A DNA stretch of 64,000 bases, from contig WELB01000001.1 of the NCBI GenBank assembly GCA_009602725.1, positions 1,334,660 through 1,398,659 of the forward strand, read 5' to 3'. The translations under genes and the position numbers were made by a program. Position 1 is the first letter of the stretch. Every line of letters begins with the position of its first letter. The notes under the pieces were generated by a model that ran no database searches, had not been told where the DNA came from, and worked only from the letters and a program-made list of their open reading frames with translations. Positions 47,601-61,400 of the stretch are shown here, piece by piece. This DNA is from Spirogloea muscicola. Its lineage: Eukaryota.

Positions 47601-50600
47601 TGTCTCTCCAGGGCTACGACACACAGGTCGGTGAGCGGGGCACGCAGCTGTCTGGTGGGCAGAAGCAGCGGGTGGCCATTGCCAGGGCTGTACTCCAGAA
47701 CCCAAGAGTTCTCCTCCTGGATGAGGCTACCAGGTGGGCATGCTAGGACGTGCCTCGCATTGCTCTCCTATGATCTCATCAGCTCTGGCCATGCTATGTC
47801 GAGCGCACCATTCATTTACGGCGATGTCGGTTAGCTTGTCTGCTTACTGGCTTCGTTCTTGTGTTGTGGTCTTACATCATGAGCAGCAGTATTTTCTTCC
47901 TTGCTCTCAGAAAAGAGCAAAAGCCATTCTCTTCTGATTCTGTAAATCATTCTCTCCTTCCTGCCTCATCACTGCAGTGCCCTTGATGCCGAGTCTGAGC
48001 GAGTTGTGCAAGAGGCGCTCGACAGGATTATGGCTGGCCGCACAACTGTGGTGGTGGCTCACCGTCTTTCCACTGTTCAAAATGCAGACTTGATTGCTGT
48101 TCTGCAGAGAGGCGCTGTTGTAGAAACTGGTCAGTCTCTGCTATGATTTGACTCCACCATCGCGCCTATCAAATGAATGAGGCTTGTAAGAACTAATTTC
48201 AGTGTTATGTCAGGCTAGGGCTCAGCGTCTACAATCAGAAGATACAGGGCTTCTGAACCATTTGAAGGTTGATCTGGATTTGACCAGGACTTGATAATGA
48301 GTCACTTGCATTGGTTCATGGTTCAGAAATAGCTCATTCAGGGGTCCTAAGGCTGCAGGCGTGTTGTTCTGGAAAGAGAGGCAAGTTTTGAGCTCTTATT
48401 GCCTTCCCAACTTCTTCAGGGACGCACAAACAGCTGCTCATGCAGCCAGACGGCGCCTATTCGCAGCTGGTGCGTCTACAGCACATGGGCCCGGGAATGG
48501 TAACGCTCCCCACGGCCGGCCCATCCAGTGACGTTGATCTGTTGCCCTTTGTGAGCCTGAGCTCCACGTCTGGGTTGGGTGGCAACAATACCTTGGGCCA
48601 GCAGGAGGGCCTCCAGAAAGGTGTCATTGCTGATGAAGTAGCAGGTATGACATAGGGTCTGGCATGATACCTTCAGGAAATGTCATCGAGAAATTTTGTA
48701 CGTGCCCAATTGTATCTGCTTGGTGTCTGCAAATTATTGTAGCTCCTTTCGAAGAGCCTTTGTTGATGACATAGTGCAAATTCCTGTGCAGGATTGAAGA
48801 AGCGCAAGAGCAAGATATGGGCATGCCTCAGCAGGGAGAGAAAGCTGGACGAAGAGGAAGGTGCTGTGGTCAAGCCGCGCCCTCTGGATATCCCAATGCG
48901 ACGAGTTGCTGTGCTCAACAAGCCTGAGCTACCATACGCCGTTCTTGGGACACTGGCTTGCATTGGCAACGGTCTCATCTTCCCGCTCTTCTCCATCCTT
49001 CTCTCCTCTATCAGCAAGACATTCTATGTGCTGCGGGAGAGCAAGCTCAAGAGTGATGCCAGCTTCTGGGCAGGCATGTTTGTCGTACTTGGCGCCGCCT
49101 CCCTGGTCCTCCTCACGACGCAGATGTGGATGTGGGGGCTGGTCGGGTCTCGACTGGTCAGGAGGATTCGTCGATTGACTTTTGCAGCCGTGCTCAGACA
49201 GGAAGTGGCCTGGTTCGATGACTCTCACAACTCTAGGTGCGTGTCACCAAAGACGAAGGTCCTCAGATAACGCAATGCGTTGCAGCAGTTTCAGCATACA
49301 TGGGGCCTGATGGCTTACTGACTTTGAGGAACCGAGGAACCTGTGACTGCCAGATTACTGACCAGATTCATTAGCTTATGGTGGAGCTCTGCAGCGGTGC
49401 AATAGGTGCGAGGCTGAACACGGATGCGGCACATGTAAAGGGAATGGTTGGGGACCGGCTTGCACTGCTCCTGCAAAATTGCGCTACGATTGTGGCCGGC
49501 CTTGTGATAGCATTCCGCGCCGGCTGGCAGCTGTCGCTTGTGATACTATCTGTCGTGCCTCTCCTGGCCATTGCTGGATACGTACAGGTCTCCTCTCTGA
49601 AGGGTTTCAGCGCAAATGCTAAGGTTCGATACTCTTTGGTGGGCCTTCGTGCATGGCGTGGAATGTGTGCTGGCTCATAATGAGTATTGCCAAAGTGCCC
49701 ATGTCAACCTAGCAAGACACAGGCAGATGGCAGTGTTGGCAATCTCCGTATCGCAGACCACTTTTAAATGTACAATGAAGCGAAGCTGTTGCAGGGCTTG
49801 TGAGCCGTTCTGCCTGACTGGCATCTTGTCACTATTGATTCCACAGAATATTCTGATCTGTTATTATGTCTTTGGCTGCTTGCCCAGTTGATGTATGAGG
49901 ATGCCAGCCATGTGGCAAGTGAGGCCGTGGGTAGCATCCGCACTGTGGCAGCTTTCACCGCAGAGAAGAAGGTGCTGCAATTGTACCAAGAGAAATGCGC
50001 CATGCCCGTTCAGGCTGGCATACGCCAGAGCCAGGTTGCGGGTGTTGGGCTGGGTTTTGCGAATTTTGTGTTGTTCTCCACATACGCGCTCGCCTTTTGG
50101 TACGGAAGCACGCTGGTGGAGGATGGAAAATCGTCATTCAAGAAGGTCTTCAATGTGAGACTTGTCTGTGACCCAGAGAACGTCCTCGATGACTTGCTGG
50201 TCTGAGAGTGTGGCGCACATTGGCCAGCCTTTAGCCAGTGATAAGCAGGGTGTGGTGTTTGACTGGCTAACTTGGTGATTGGAATTTCTTACTCTTGCGT
50301 TCTGCAAAAGACGGCCACTGACACAGACTGCGCATCACTCTGGCCTCCTCTTCTAGGTCTTCTTTGCCATCGTGATGAGCGCGATGGGGGTTGCTCAGAA
50401 CTCCGGCTTCGCACCAGACTTTTCGAAGGTGCAGGTCGCCGTCAACTCCATCTTTGCCATTCTGGATCGAAAGCCTTTAATCGATGCAGCAGCACCGGGA
50501 CAGGAGCTGGCGAGTGTGAGGGGCGACATACAGCTCAATCAGCTGAAGTTTTGCTACCCAACGAGGCCAGATACTGTCGTCTTTGATGGACTCTCCCTCA

Positions 50601-51545
50601 GCATAAGGGCTGGCCAGGTCAGAAACTCCACGCCGCTTTGCCCTTCGCCGTTACATCCTCATTCTGCATTGTGCCACTCTTTTAATCAGTGCGCAGTGGA
50701 CATGCTTCTGCCTACTCTTAGCTGCAGCCCCTTCGCAGCACCCCATCGGCCTTTGATTCGAGCTTTTTCGTGTCCAGACTATGGCTTTGGTTGGGGAGAG
50801 TGGGAGCGGCAAGTCCACGGTGATAGCATTGCTGGAGCGCTTCTACGACCCTCTTTCGGGCTCCATCACAATCGACGGCGTGGACACCAGGACATTGCAG
50901 CTCAAGTGGCTGCGGCAGCAGATGGGCCTTGTCAGTCAGGAGCCTGTGCTGTTTGACGCATCGATCCGCGACAACATTGCATATGGCAAGGGTGGTGCAA
51001 CTGAGGAGGAAATTGTGCAGGCAGCCAAGGCCGCCAATGCGCACCGCTTCATCTTGGACCTGCCGTCGGGCTATGTAACCAGGGTTGGGGAAAGAGGCAT
51101 TCAGCTCTCCGGTGGTCAGAAGCAGCGGGTGGCCATTGCCAGGGCCATCGTAAAGGACCCCAAGATTTTGCTCCTTGACGAGGCAACTAGGTATGGGTTC
51201 ACAGCCAGATTGCCTTCTCCTGGAATGGGATTTGGAAGTCCTCTGCTGTGAAAAAACATATATATACATATATATATATCGTCTTACTGACTCCTGTTGC
51301 TCACGCTCCTGTGCAGCGCTTTGGATGCGGAGTCAGAGCACGTTGTGCAGGAGGCGCTTGACAAGGTGATGGTTGGCAGGACAACGGTAGTTATTGCGCA
51401 CAGGCTGACGACCATTAGGAATGCTGATGTCATTGCTGTTGTCAAGCAAGGGAGGATAGCAGAGCAGGGCAGGCACGAGGAGCTTCTGAGAGTACCGGGA
51501 GGAGCGTACTCCTCCTTAGTCAAGCTACACCAAGCCTCAGCCTAA
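44699..51545 (+). CDS. Full-size ABCB (P-glycoprotein/MDR) transporter, TMD-NBD-TMD-NBD, multi-exon; start uncertain (N at 44809)
   Basis: [44 protein letters not shown] (twice), [23 protein letters not shown] (twice), [26 protein letters not shown]; stop TAA ending 51545. Confidence 0.96.
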
Positions 51546-52247
51546 GGCTAGTCTAACAGTAACGTGGCCAATTGGCCAGGTCAGCTTGCTGACATGTATA
51601 GCTGAATTATTTATTAGAGGGCGACAGCTTTATTGGGCAAATGCAGATAATTGTTGTACAGCAGCACGCTTTGAGACCTCGCGCACTGGCTGCAGGCTTC
51701 TGGGGACTTATTGGTCACGTGGTCCTCCCACTTAATTGCATGTAGAAGTGGCGCGGCAGGCTCACTTCACTCCTTGTGGTGTGGGGGCTGTCAAGCTTCT
51801 TTGAGCAGAACAAGAAGGTGCGTTTTTTGCAGCAAGACCCTCTGGCTTGCTCGAGCTGGTGGGGCGCCAGGCAAGAAGAGGGCAGTGGCTGTGATTCCCA
51901 GCCCAGAAGGAGTGGACAGCCTCGGCGGGGAAGCCTCGACGCAAGAGTGCCGGTGCACAGCAGCAGAGAGAAGGCGCACGGTGTGCATGAAACAGCTCTT
52001 CCAGTGTAAGGCAGTGGCTGTAAGAAGCCAGCCCAAAGGCTGGCCCCTTTGGGAGAGCCACTATTTGAAGCCCAAAGGAATGTACAAGAGAGATAATCTT
52101 CCAGTAGAGGGCGATGGTTGACGGTCTGAAAACAAACCGCTGAAGGTCTGAAAAGGGCCGGAAAAGCTGGCGGCTACGCGATGGCCACTCATGGCGCCTG
52201 GTCCACGGGGCGAGGAGAGACGGCTCGTTGCTACCGGCAGCCAAGCC

Positions 52248-53507
52248 GTGATTCTCCTGTAGCTCTCTGGATTTTGTCCATTCTTTTTTGGCTGGCTTCT
52301 GCCAGCCCCTCTCATCTATGGGCGAGCTCGATCATCAGCCGTAGAGAGAAGGCGCGCGGTGCGCATGAAACGACAGGGAGGACCACTTGAAGCCGATGCG
52401 TTGTGCAGGCAGAACGGCGATGAAAGGCGGCGGGTGGTGGTGCTCGAAGCATGGGCTCTTGGAAGAAAGCGCTCGCCCATTGAGAATAGGGGCTGGAAAA
52501 GCCAGCCCAAAAAAAAAAAACAACAAAGGACGAGAAGGGGGCCAGGGGAAGCGCTAAGAAAAACAAGCACACAAAAAGAACAAAGCAGCTATGGATCACT
52601 CAGTGACCCCTGCTAATAGGGGCTGTGCTTCCAGTGGAACGCCGCCTTGGAGGCCGGGAGAATGCGGTGAGGTAGCTTGACGGGGAGTGTGGCGCAATTA
52701 TGGCGGGTTTCCTCAGTGGGGCAGCCGCACGCAGCTGACGCTATGGCGCACCACGTGGCGGCAGCCGCGCCCCAGCGGGGAGCCCGGCACCGTCCACGTG
52801 GCAGCACGTGCAGGGGGCAACGAGCCAGGAGCGTGTGCCATGTGGATTGGGTGGGGGGGGGGCAACCACCTTCTAGGGCGCGCCGACGCGTGGGGGCCCC
52901 GCGCCTGGCCGGCCGGCGGGGGTGCTGGGAAAAGCGGCGGAAAATGTGGTGACCGGGGGGGTGGTGGTGGCTGCCCGTTCCGGTTGGGCAGAGAGAGAAA
53001 AGAAGATAGGCGAGGCTCGCGGTGCGCATGGAATGGAAAGGGCGGCCAACCAAGGCAGCACACCGTTCAGTCAAAGGCTAGTGCAGCATCTGGGGCGTCA
53101 TGAATCGGAGCGCGATGCTGAGGCGGCTAAGGTAGGGCCAACGCAAGCCAGAAAAGTTGCCCCGCTTCTTGGACTAGCTTCTGTCTGAACAACTTAAACA
53201 CGACGGGAGACTCTTTCCAGAAGAAGGAAAGAAGAAAGTGCTCGCCCATTGAGGATAGGGGCTGGAAAAGCCAGCCCAAAAAAGAATGAACAGAGTACGA
53301 GAAGGGGACGAGCGCCAATAGCTGTGATTGGGGAAAGCCACCCCGCTTCCCATTGGGGATAGTCGCCGCTCGGTCCCGGTGGTGGACAGCGACGGCGTGG
53401 GGCGCCGTTGACGAGCATCCCGCTCCCGGTGACGGGAGGCGAGGCGGGCTGCCGTTGGGGAGGCGTAGGCTCCACCGCCCTATTCTCAATGGGCGAGCAC
53501 TTTCTAC
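52248..53507. mobile_element. Scattered CRE 3' fragments: E at 52248-52330 (+), A at 52463-52615 (-), 53231-53308 (-) and 53477-53505 (+)
   Basis: Matches to the A and E 3'UTR consensus sequences. Confidence 0.85.
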
Positions 53508-54097
53508 AGCCAATGGAGACGGGCGCTCGGAAGCGAGGGAGGAGGCCTGCTGCGCGTGGTGGCACACCCGGCCGGGCCGACGGACGGCGGACAGTCGTGG
53601 TGGCTCCCAAGTGGCGGGGAGCCCCCCCGAGACGGCGCAGCTCAGGCCGCCCCCAAGTGGGCGGCGACGCGGGGGCCGGTTGGTGGCGAGCCCGAGAACG
53701 GCCCGCCGCGGTCGGCACCATTGCTCCGCGCCAGGCGGCCCGCGCTCCGGCCATGCCGCCGCCGCCGCCCTCGCCATCGCCGCGCGTCNNNNNNNNNNNN
53801 NNNNNNNNNNNNNNNNNNNNNNNNNNNNNNNNNNNNNNNNNNNNNNNNNNNNNNNNNNNNNNNNNNNNNNNNNNNNNNNNNNNNNNNNNNNNNNNNNNNN
53901 NNNNNNNNNNNNNNNNNNNNNNNNNNNNNNNNNNNNNNNNNNNNNNNNNNNNNNNNNNNNNNNNNNNNNNNNNNNNNNNNNNNNNNNNNNNNNNNNNNNN
54001 NNNNNNNNNNNNNNNNNNNNNNNNNNNNNNNNNNNNNNNNNNNNNNNNNNNNNNNNNNNNNNNNNNNNNNNNNNNNNNNNNNNNNNNNNNNNNNNNN

Positions 54098-56639
54098 CGG
54101 CGAGGCCCCGGCCGGTGACGACGACGGCGGCGGCGGCGCCCCGCCCGGCGACGACTTCCCCCTCGCGGCTGCGCTGCCGCAGAACCCGTCGCCGGGCCGC
54201 CAGGCTGCTGCCGCAGGTGAGCCGCGGCAGGCCGAGCTCGGAGCTCGCCAAAGGCCGCAGGGCCAAGATGTCGTCCTCGCCACTGTTCTTGCTGCAGCTT
54301 TGCAGCCGTTCTCGATCGGTTGCTCGCCTGCTGCTGCTCCGCGATCGCAAGTGGTCAATTGGCGGTGTCTTGCTGGAGCAGCTCCAGTGGCAGCTGCCAG
54401 CACAATCGAGCCGAAGCGATTGGCGATTGGTCAAATTGGTGCTGGCAGAGTAGCTGGAGACGAGGACGATCTGTTTTGGCCGTGTCAAGTCATGTGTTGG
54501 TGCCCATGATTGTTGTGATAGCATGCTGCGACAGAATCGTGATTGCATTGACGCGGTGCACTTTGGCGTGATAATGCAGGCCCTTCGCGACTGGGCCCGA
54601 TGCAGCACCAGCTGCACGACATGGACCTGCAGCAGCTCATCTCGCAGCTGCAGTTTGGCGACATGAACGCCAGGCGGGCCGCGGCGGGGCAGGTGCGGGC
54701 GCTGGCGCGAAGCAGCGCCGAGGCGCGCACGCTCATCGCGGAGGCCGGGGCGGTGCCGCTGCTCCTGGGGCTTCTGGACGCCGACGAGCCGAGGGTGCAG
54801 GAGGCGTCGGGCCTCGCAATCCTCAACCTGTGCATCAAAAACGCCTGGTGAGCAGCTCGACAAGCCGGCCCGGCCAGGCTATCTCAAGATACAGTCTCGA
54901 GGCACTGCTTATCACAGATCTATATGTCAGCTTAAGCTGAAGGCACTTCATGCATAATGGGCACTCTATAAAGCTGAAGGCATTGCTTGCTGCAGTTTCG
55001 GTAGCATCGCTTGTATCTCATAACAGCCAGGCTGAGCGCTCGTTGCCAGTCCGACCTGACTGTGATGACAGGCCTTACTTTGAAGTGGCTGCTGCTCATC
55101 TCTGTGTTGCTGCAGCAACAAGGCGGCGGTGATGGAGGCCGGCGCAGTGCCGCGGCTGGTGCACCTTCTGCGGCCGGAGGCGCCGCTGACGATACGCGAG
55201 GCGGCAGCGGCTGTGCTGCTGTGCCTGGCCGCAGACAACGACGAGACCAAGGCGGCCATCGGTGCAGCGGGGGCCATCCCGCTCCTCGGGCAGCTGCTCA
55301 CAGCCGGCTCGCTGCAGGGCACCAAGGACGCCGTGCACGCACTGTACAACCTGGTGGCGTAGGACGGCAACCGCGGCCGCATCCTGCGCGCGCGCGTCGT
55401 GCCGGGCCTCGTCGCGGTGCTTAAGGGCGGGTATGCGACGCCTGAGGCAGAGAAGGTGGTGGCCATCCTGGGCATCCTGGCAGGCCTAGAGGAAGGGCGC
55501 GGCGCGCTGTCGGAGCACGAGGACACGCTCCGCGTGCTCGTGAAAGTGCTGGAGGCTGGGTCGCTGCGCGGCAAGGAGCTGGCGCTCGCCTCGCTGCTCC
55601 CCTTGTGCGTGCACTCCAAAGCGTGCCGTGTGGCGGTCGTGGAGCGTGGCGCTGGCGATGCGCTCCTGGCACTCAGCCTCACAGGCGAGCCAAAGCTGCG
55701 GGAGAAGGCCTACCAGCTACTAGCCTGCCTGGGGGGCAAGGTACGAGCTTTTGCAGCTGAAGGGGCACCGTTTTATATCCCAGTCTCAGAGCCTAGCCTT
55801 GACTTGTAATGTCATCTAAGCGCAGTCAAGTAAAGGCTTACTGCCTTAGTTCGTGGCAGACCAAGCATACTTGGTCATTTGCAGGGGCTGGATCGTAGTA
55901 TTAGTGCCTATATCCTGCTCGTGTGCTGCCCCAGCCTGCTGCTATAAGAGTCTGCCTGCCACTCCTCTGCTTACGTCAGCTGCCTCCCACATTGCCTGCA
56001 GTATCCTGCTGATTCATCTCTGTCATCTGCTTGGCATATGAGAAACACGTGCCACCTAAATGGCTTCTGCTGGTTGTTAAAAACGTCAGACTTTGAGCTT
56101 ACATCTTATTTGTTCCAAATGTAGAAGCGGGGCGAGAAGCCAACATCTGCACCAATGGTAATGCTGTCACAGTCCGCATCAGCAAGGGAAATTAGCCCCG
56201 ACTCAGGGAGCCGCAGCGGCAGCGGGAGCTCCGAGGACGAACGCTCCGCCAAATATGTGAGCTTTGCAGAGTTGCTGGATGTACTTCCAAGTTGTCAGCT
56301 AAGCTGTTTGATTGCCATACAGGAGAATGAGTGCTTGCCGAAGTTCGTCGCAGCATATCTGCTGCTTCTTGACAATCTGCAAAGTTGGTGCGGGCCTGAG
56401 AGCGTCTGCTTCCCTGCTGCTCTTGGGCGAGTACCTGTGAGCAGGTGGTGCGGCACATGGTGTGGCAAAGCATGCAGAAGACCATGACCAACATTCGGCG
56501 GCGGGCACGGCTGCCATCGGAGGACTTCAGTCCAAGCCTGAGCCCAAGTGGCAGCCCGCGCTCACGGAGTCCCCTAAGCCCATCGCTCATGCCCGGCAGC
56601 CCCTCGTCTGCTCCTGAGCTCTCAGAGGAAAGTAGCTAG
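54098..56639 (+). pseudogene. ARM-repeat protein (PUB/ARM-like), multi-exon, with in-frame TAG at 55360-55362; 5' end probably in or near the gap
   Basis: ARRAAAGQVRALARSSAEARTLIAEAGAVPLLLGLL..VQEASGLAILNLCI | NKAAVMEAGAVPRLVHLL...IGAAGAIPLLGQLL..GSLQGTKDAVHALYNLVA*DGNRGRI...GSLRGKELA. ARM homology continues in frame past the stop. Confidence 0.75.
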
Positions 56640-59139
56640 CAGTGTCCAGTCCAATCTGGCCTGTATCCAGCCATCTTTGTGGGTGCTTGCTTGTATGTAT
56701 ATCGGCACAAAGCTAGCGTGAGTTTATAGTCATAGGCTGGCTCACTCTTTGGTGTAGGAGCACATTGAGAGAGCCTGAAAGAGGCTGAAGGAGGAGGGGT
56801 GGGGAGAGAAGAGAGATAAAGTGGGAGGAACAGGGGAAGGAGGGAGAGAGAGAGAGTTGAGTGTAAGTGTGTGTGTGCGACAGGTTGACAGCATGCTCTG
56901 CCCTGTGGTCAAGGGCGGAGTGAAGATCAAAATACTCTGTACATTAACCTTGTACGCGGCGGCTATTACTGTCGCCCCCTTGCTAAAGGTGGGCATACAT
57001 CTGTGCTGTGGAGTCCTTAGGCAAGACCGTACACACTATTGTCGTCCTGGTGTACGTTCTACTAGCTTGCTTGCATATGTGCGAGCTTGCTTGCATACAT
57101 ATCTTTCCAGGGGCGAGCTGCAGCACTGATTGACCTCCCTTTGCCTCGGGAGCAGCAGCCTCTGCACCTCGTGGAGGGGTTGATTGCACAGGTCCCTGTA
57201 TGTGCTCTGCATCACCTGATTCTAGCAACAGCCTGACAGCAACAAGAGCATGTGCACATGAGCGACGAGATAAGGATGCTTAAAATCTGCACATTAACTT
57301 TATTTGATTTTAGAGATGGGGTGATCGAAAGAGCTAAAGCCTTACTAGTACCTGCCAATTGTGAGCAGCAATCTAGGTGCTGGCGACGAAGTAGTGAGGG
57401 CCTCAGTCTTACGAAAATTGCCACCTTTTATGCTACTACTTATGTGATGTGTGTGCCAAGGAATCCTGACCAGTGCTTTTGTCTGTCGCCAGTCCACACA
57501 ATCACTTTGGCAATCACTCTTTCCTCAAGGCACGGGTGTTGTACTATATTAAAATTCTATCCTGGAAAGGTGTCTGACACCAAGCAGTGTTGTAGATGCC
57601 CTTTCCAGTGGAGTATTGGCGAATGCTTGGACGCCAGGGCATGCGCATCCAAGTAGATATTGTCACGTCTGATCATGTACTGAGCAACCGTGAAGACAGA
57701 GTAGGAAACATGGACCGCAATCCTGGATCCGGAGACAAACACCCAGACGTGGATTCGTGCGTCCGCTTTACTTGTGCCCCGGAATGCTGTTATGGATGTA
57801 GCCCATGTCTTTGGGGTACGGCAAAGGCTAGGAGATACTAAAAGGAGGAGGTGAGCTACTAAGTCTCAAACATCCCGTGGACGTCATCTGCTAGCGTGAC
57901 GATCTCCTCATGTGGGCTGCTTCGCATGCTTGCGCTCCCTGGCTCCTGCAGCCTTTGCCAATGGCGTGCCCTGCCTCGTCAGAGGCAGAGAGCCTTAATA
58001 GGCTCCTGCCCGAATCAATGAGGGCGTGACGCTTCCTCACGGCGGGCTTGCTCATGGCTCCCCCCCTTCCGGTCTGGGCTTCAACAGCCACCAAGTGTTG
58101 CTGGACGAGCACTTTCTCATCACAGCTTCGGGAGCTCTACTCTCTCTTGCCCTACCTTCCTTCGCATGCTTTTCTGCTTGCACCAGCCGTATCTATTGGA
58201 CGGACTAAGGCCCGTGAGCTTTCGCTTGTGAGCTTTCGCTCGCTTGCTTCCCACCAGGTGTAAAATATGAGGCACACAAGCATATTGCACCGACTCCTGA
58301 GTGTCCACAGGTCTCCACCAAAAGGGAAGGCTCAAAAGGGAAGCCTTATCTTGCCGGCTCCTGTGCCAGCCTTAGCGCCAGCTTTAGTGCTGTTATCGCA
58401 ACATTACCACTTGCGCCTTCATCGTTAAGAAAGTGGACCACTCCCATTCCTCCGCTGGGCGAGGTAACTAGCCTTCCCACAATGCATCAAGCTGCCTTTC
58501 CTATGGCACGAAGTTGAGTTCCACTTACGTACTTTCATTTCAGGCGCCGGCCTGCAGGGTTCTCTTCACGATCATCAAATCTGCAACACGCGCTGCCTTC
58601 TGCACGCCTAGCAGAAGCCTGCAATTGCCATCTGGCTGTCTGCTGTCACAGCTGCAACAGTTGCCCTTCGTCTGTCCGCACACATCAAGCACACACGTGC
58701 TAAATTGAACAAGTATCCCAGTCCACTATCAAACCAATCCAGCAAGAAGGTGGCTCGTCGTCAACAGCGTTGTTACATTCCAAAGTATTGAGAGAAGGCT
58801 TCGAATGCAGAGTTCCACACATTGTGAGCACCAAATAGTCCTTGTGATGCTGCATGACTCTTCATGTAGCTGCGCATAACTTCGCTGCCATTTTCTGAGC
58901 TATGAGGCCGTCAGCTTCGTGAAGCGCGGAAATTTCTTGACAACACAGCACGTTTTCGTGCAGCACCTCTGTATCGTCGACAATCCGTTCAGCAGCATGA
59001 CATGCAGATCCTGCCACGGCCGAAAGCCAGTTCCTCGACACGCTGTCCGAGTGGCCATGCCGCTCGGACAGCCTGCTATACACGTTGTAGGGTTTTGCCC
59101 CTCGCTATTTGCGCCTTTGTGCAACCTCCCACACATCCT

Positions 59140-59472
59140 GAAAGTGCTCGCCCTTAGAGAAGAGGGGCTGGCAAAGCCAGCCCAAAAAGAATCGGCAATG
59201 TCCAAAGCCAAAGGAAAAGGTGCCAAAGAAGGACTACACTACAAAACACGAGACGATGCAGAGGGAAGCTCAGTACCCGCGAGTGAGCAACATCAAGTCA
59301 GAGTGGCTCGCTGCAGGGAAAGAGGCACTCCGCAGAGACCCAGAGGCAGCAGCCATAGCACGGCCTGCTCGCGTGTGGACGGCGTGGGCTAGGGTCCAGC
59401 TTTGGAACGAGACCGCCAGGCGCATACGGTATATCTGGGCGATCGAACTGGCGGCGGTGAAGCCGGGCAGCG
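59140..59472 (-). mobile_element. CRE subfamily D 3' fragment
   Basis: Homologous to 35657-35920. The minus strand reads AQIYRMRLAVS...AVHTRAGRAMAAASGSLRSASFPAASHSDLMLLTRGY*. Confidence 0.87.
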
Positions 59473-60804
59473 CCCCTGGTAGACCCGGCCTCCAGTCAAT
59501 GGCCTGACGGGCAAGCCGCTGGAGGAGATCCAGCCAACGGCTGCCGAAAACCGGGTGTACATCGATCGCCAGGGCCGCGAATACATCACCAACGGGGTGA
59601 TCCGCGTACTTGCGCTCCTTTGCCTAAATACCTTGAAGGGTGGGTGGCACAGAGGAACACCAGTAATGTTGGCGGAGACCAGACGGGGAGTCGGGTTAGT
59701 GAAGCTCTGTGAGAAGCGCAGCCCTGCTGCTGCTGCTGCCCCAGATGCTGCCGCGGCTCGTCACCAGATGGGAAATCTGTGGCAGCGTCCCGATTGACAC
59801 CACTCTGCAGCTGGTGCCCAGGGTTGGAGCCGCCACCTTGCCAAGGCGCCACAAGGCGAGACTTCCACTGCGCTTGGCATGCAAATGGGTACATTCGCAT
59901 GGGGTTGACCCCCAAAACGCCGTACACCCAAACCCTACACGACGACGACGACGACTTCACGTCCCACATGTAGTAGGAGAGTGCTTGTACATCGCCTTTC
60001 ACCGCCCAGAGTGAGGCACTGTATCTTACATTTGCACAATACCATTTGCAGAATGTGAATGAGCTCTCTTCTTTTGTTTGACGCCATGTGTGCCCATAGG
60101 CAGACCAGCGACAGACGCGGGCAGGCCCGATTTTCCCCACACGTGAAGCTCACAAGCTCCAAGCACTGCATTTTGAGGTCATGGATGATGGACATTGTGC
60201 CCACAAAGTCGAGCGCTTGATTACACGTCCAGATCAGCTGGACGAGCCTTTAGTATATTCATTACCACGTTGCGACTGCTGGGGCACGCCCGCTGCCATC
60301 ATCTTGCTATGTTATGCTTTCAACGCTCAAGGCGGGTATCACGTCATGGTGGAGGTAAGTGCATGGCGAAACTGCTGCAGCGCATTCTTTGCAGGACTGG
60401 CGATGCAGGTGCCCGACTTGGGCCTGCCAAGGCGTCCTCCGGGAAGGCTCTTATAATCCCTCTCCTCCAAAGGCACTTCTTCTCCTCCAAAGCCGTGCCC
60501 TTCATGTCTCCACGATGGGAGAGAAAAAGAGACGCTTCCAGAAGAGGGCGGTGGCGGTGGAGAGAAGCTCTTGACATGCAGGCGGTGGCTGTGGAAGAAG
60601 TAAGCTCTTTCAAGGGGGGCGAGGGCTGTGAAAGGCGAGCCTCAGAAGAAGTTGGACAAGGTCAAGGGGGAGTCCCCGACAGGGAAAAGTCCACTGCAGA
60701 TTGTTAAGCATAAGAAGGGCCACTACGGTTGGCCACTCATTGGCCCTAGGCAGAAGCCGCACGTCGGATATGCTAGCAGCTGGGAAAGATGTGCAGGCGC
60801 TCTC

Positions 60805-61400
60805 CCACAGGAATGGAGTGTGTATTTGGAGATGGAGGGCCTGTGTGGCCAAGTACGAATTCAAGCACGTAGACTAATCTGCATCACCTGCTGCTAAGCT
60901 GACTTGCTCAGTAACCACGAGTCAGCACGTAGAGGTCGCTAACTGATGCCCGAATACCGGACAGTAATCGACAAGCTCTTGTGCTACCAGCTAAGGCTCG
61001 ACCAGCTTTCTGATGCAACGCATGAGCCTGAGCTCGCTGTAGACAAGCTGACACTCGACGTCGCAAGAATGACAAGTAGGCTGCCGGCATGCCCATCTGA
61101 GCTGGAAGCATATCCTCACGTCGAGCATATACCAGACTTGCAACAATTTCAAGTAGGGTACAGAAGCGAGGACCCATGCAGCCGAAAATCTCAATGCGGC
61201 CGGTAGGAGGTAATCACTGCGGGGTTAGTCAGAGTAGTGTCGGAGCATTCTCAGCTTTTCACCTCCCACTGCGTGGCCAGCAGTGTGAGTCGAAGCGGAA
61301 CTCTTGTACGCCTCCGTCACATCAACCTAGGCTCGTGGGCCTCCGCCAGGATGTACACCCACAATGTCCAGGGTGCGACAGAGGATGTGGGCTATGAAAG
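60805..61400 (-). mobile_element. CRE subfamily C 3' fragment (degenerate RLE + UTR)
   Basis: MGPRFCTLLEIVASLVYARREDMLPAQMGMPAAYLSFLRRRVSACLQRAQAHALHQKAGRALA...SDLYVLTRGY*, plus RTLDIVGVHPGGGPRA. Confidence 0.9.

Noticed and set aside
21541..51545. NRPS + ABCB exporter as a biosynthetic gene cluster
   Set aside because: They are ~16 kb apart and separated by housekeeping genes (QCR10, U4, BPG2), with no tailoring enzymes. The ABCB is an ordinary plant-type P-glycoprotein.
20410..56639. TAG codon reassignment
   Set aside because: There are only two internal TAGs, at apparently different expected residues, and none in the many other conserved exons. The same two genes appear to terminate at TAG.
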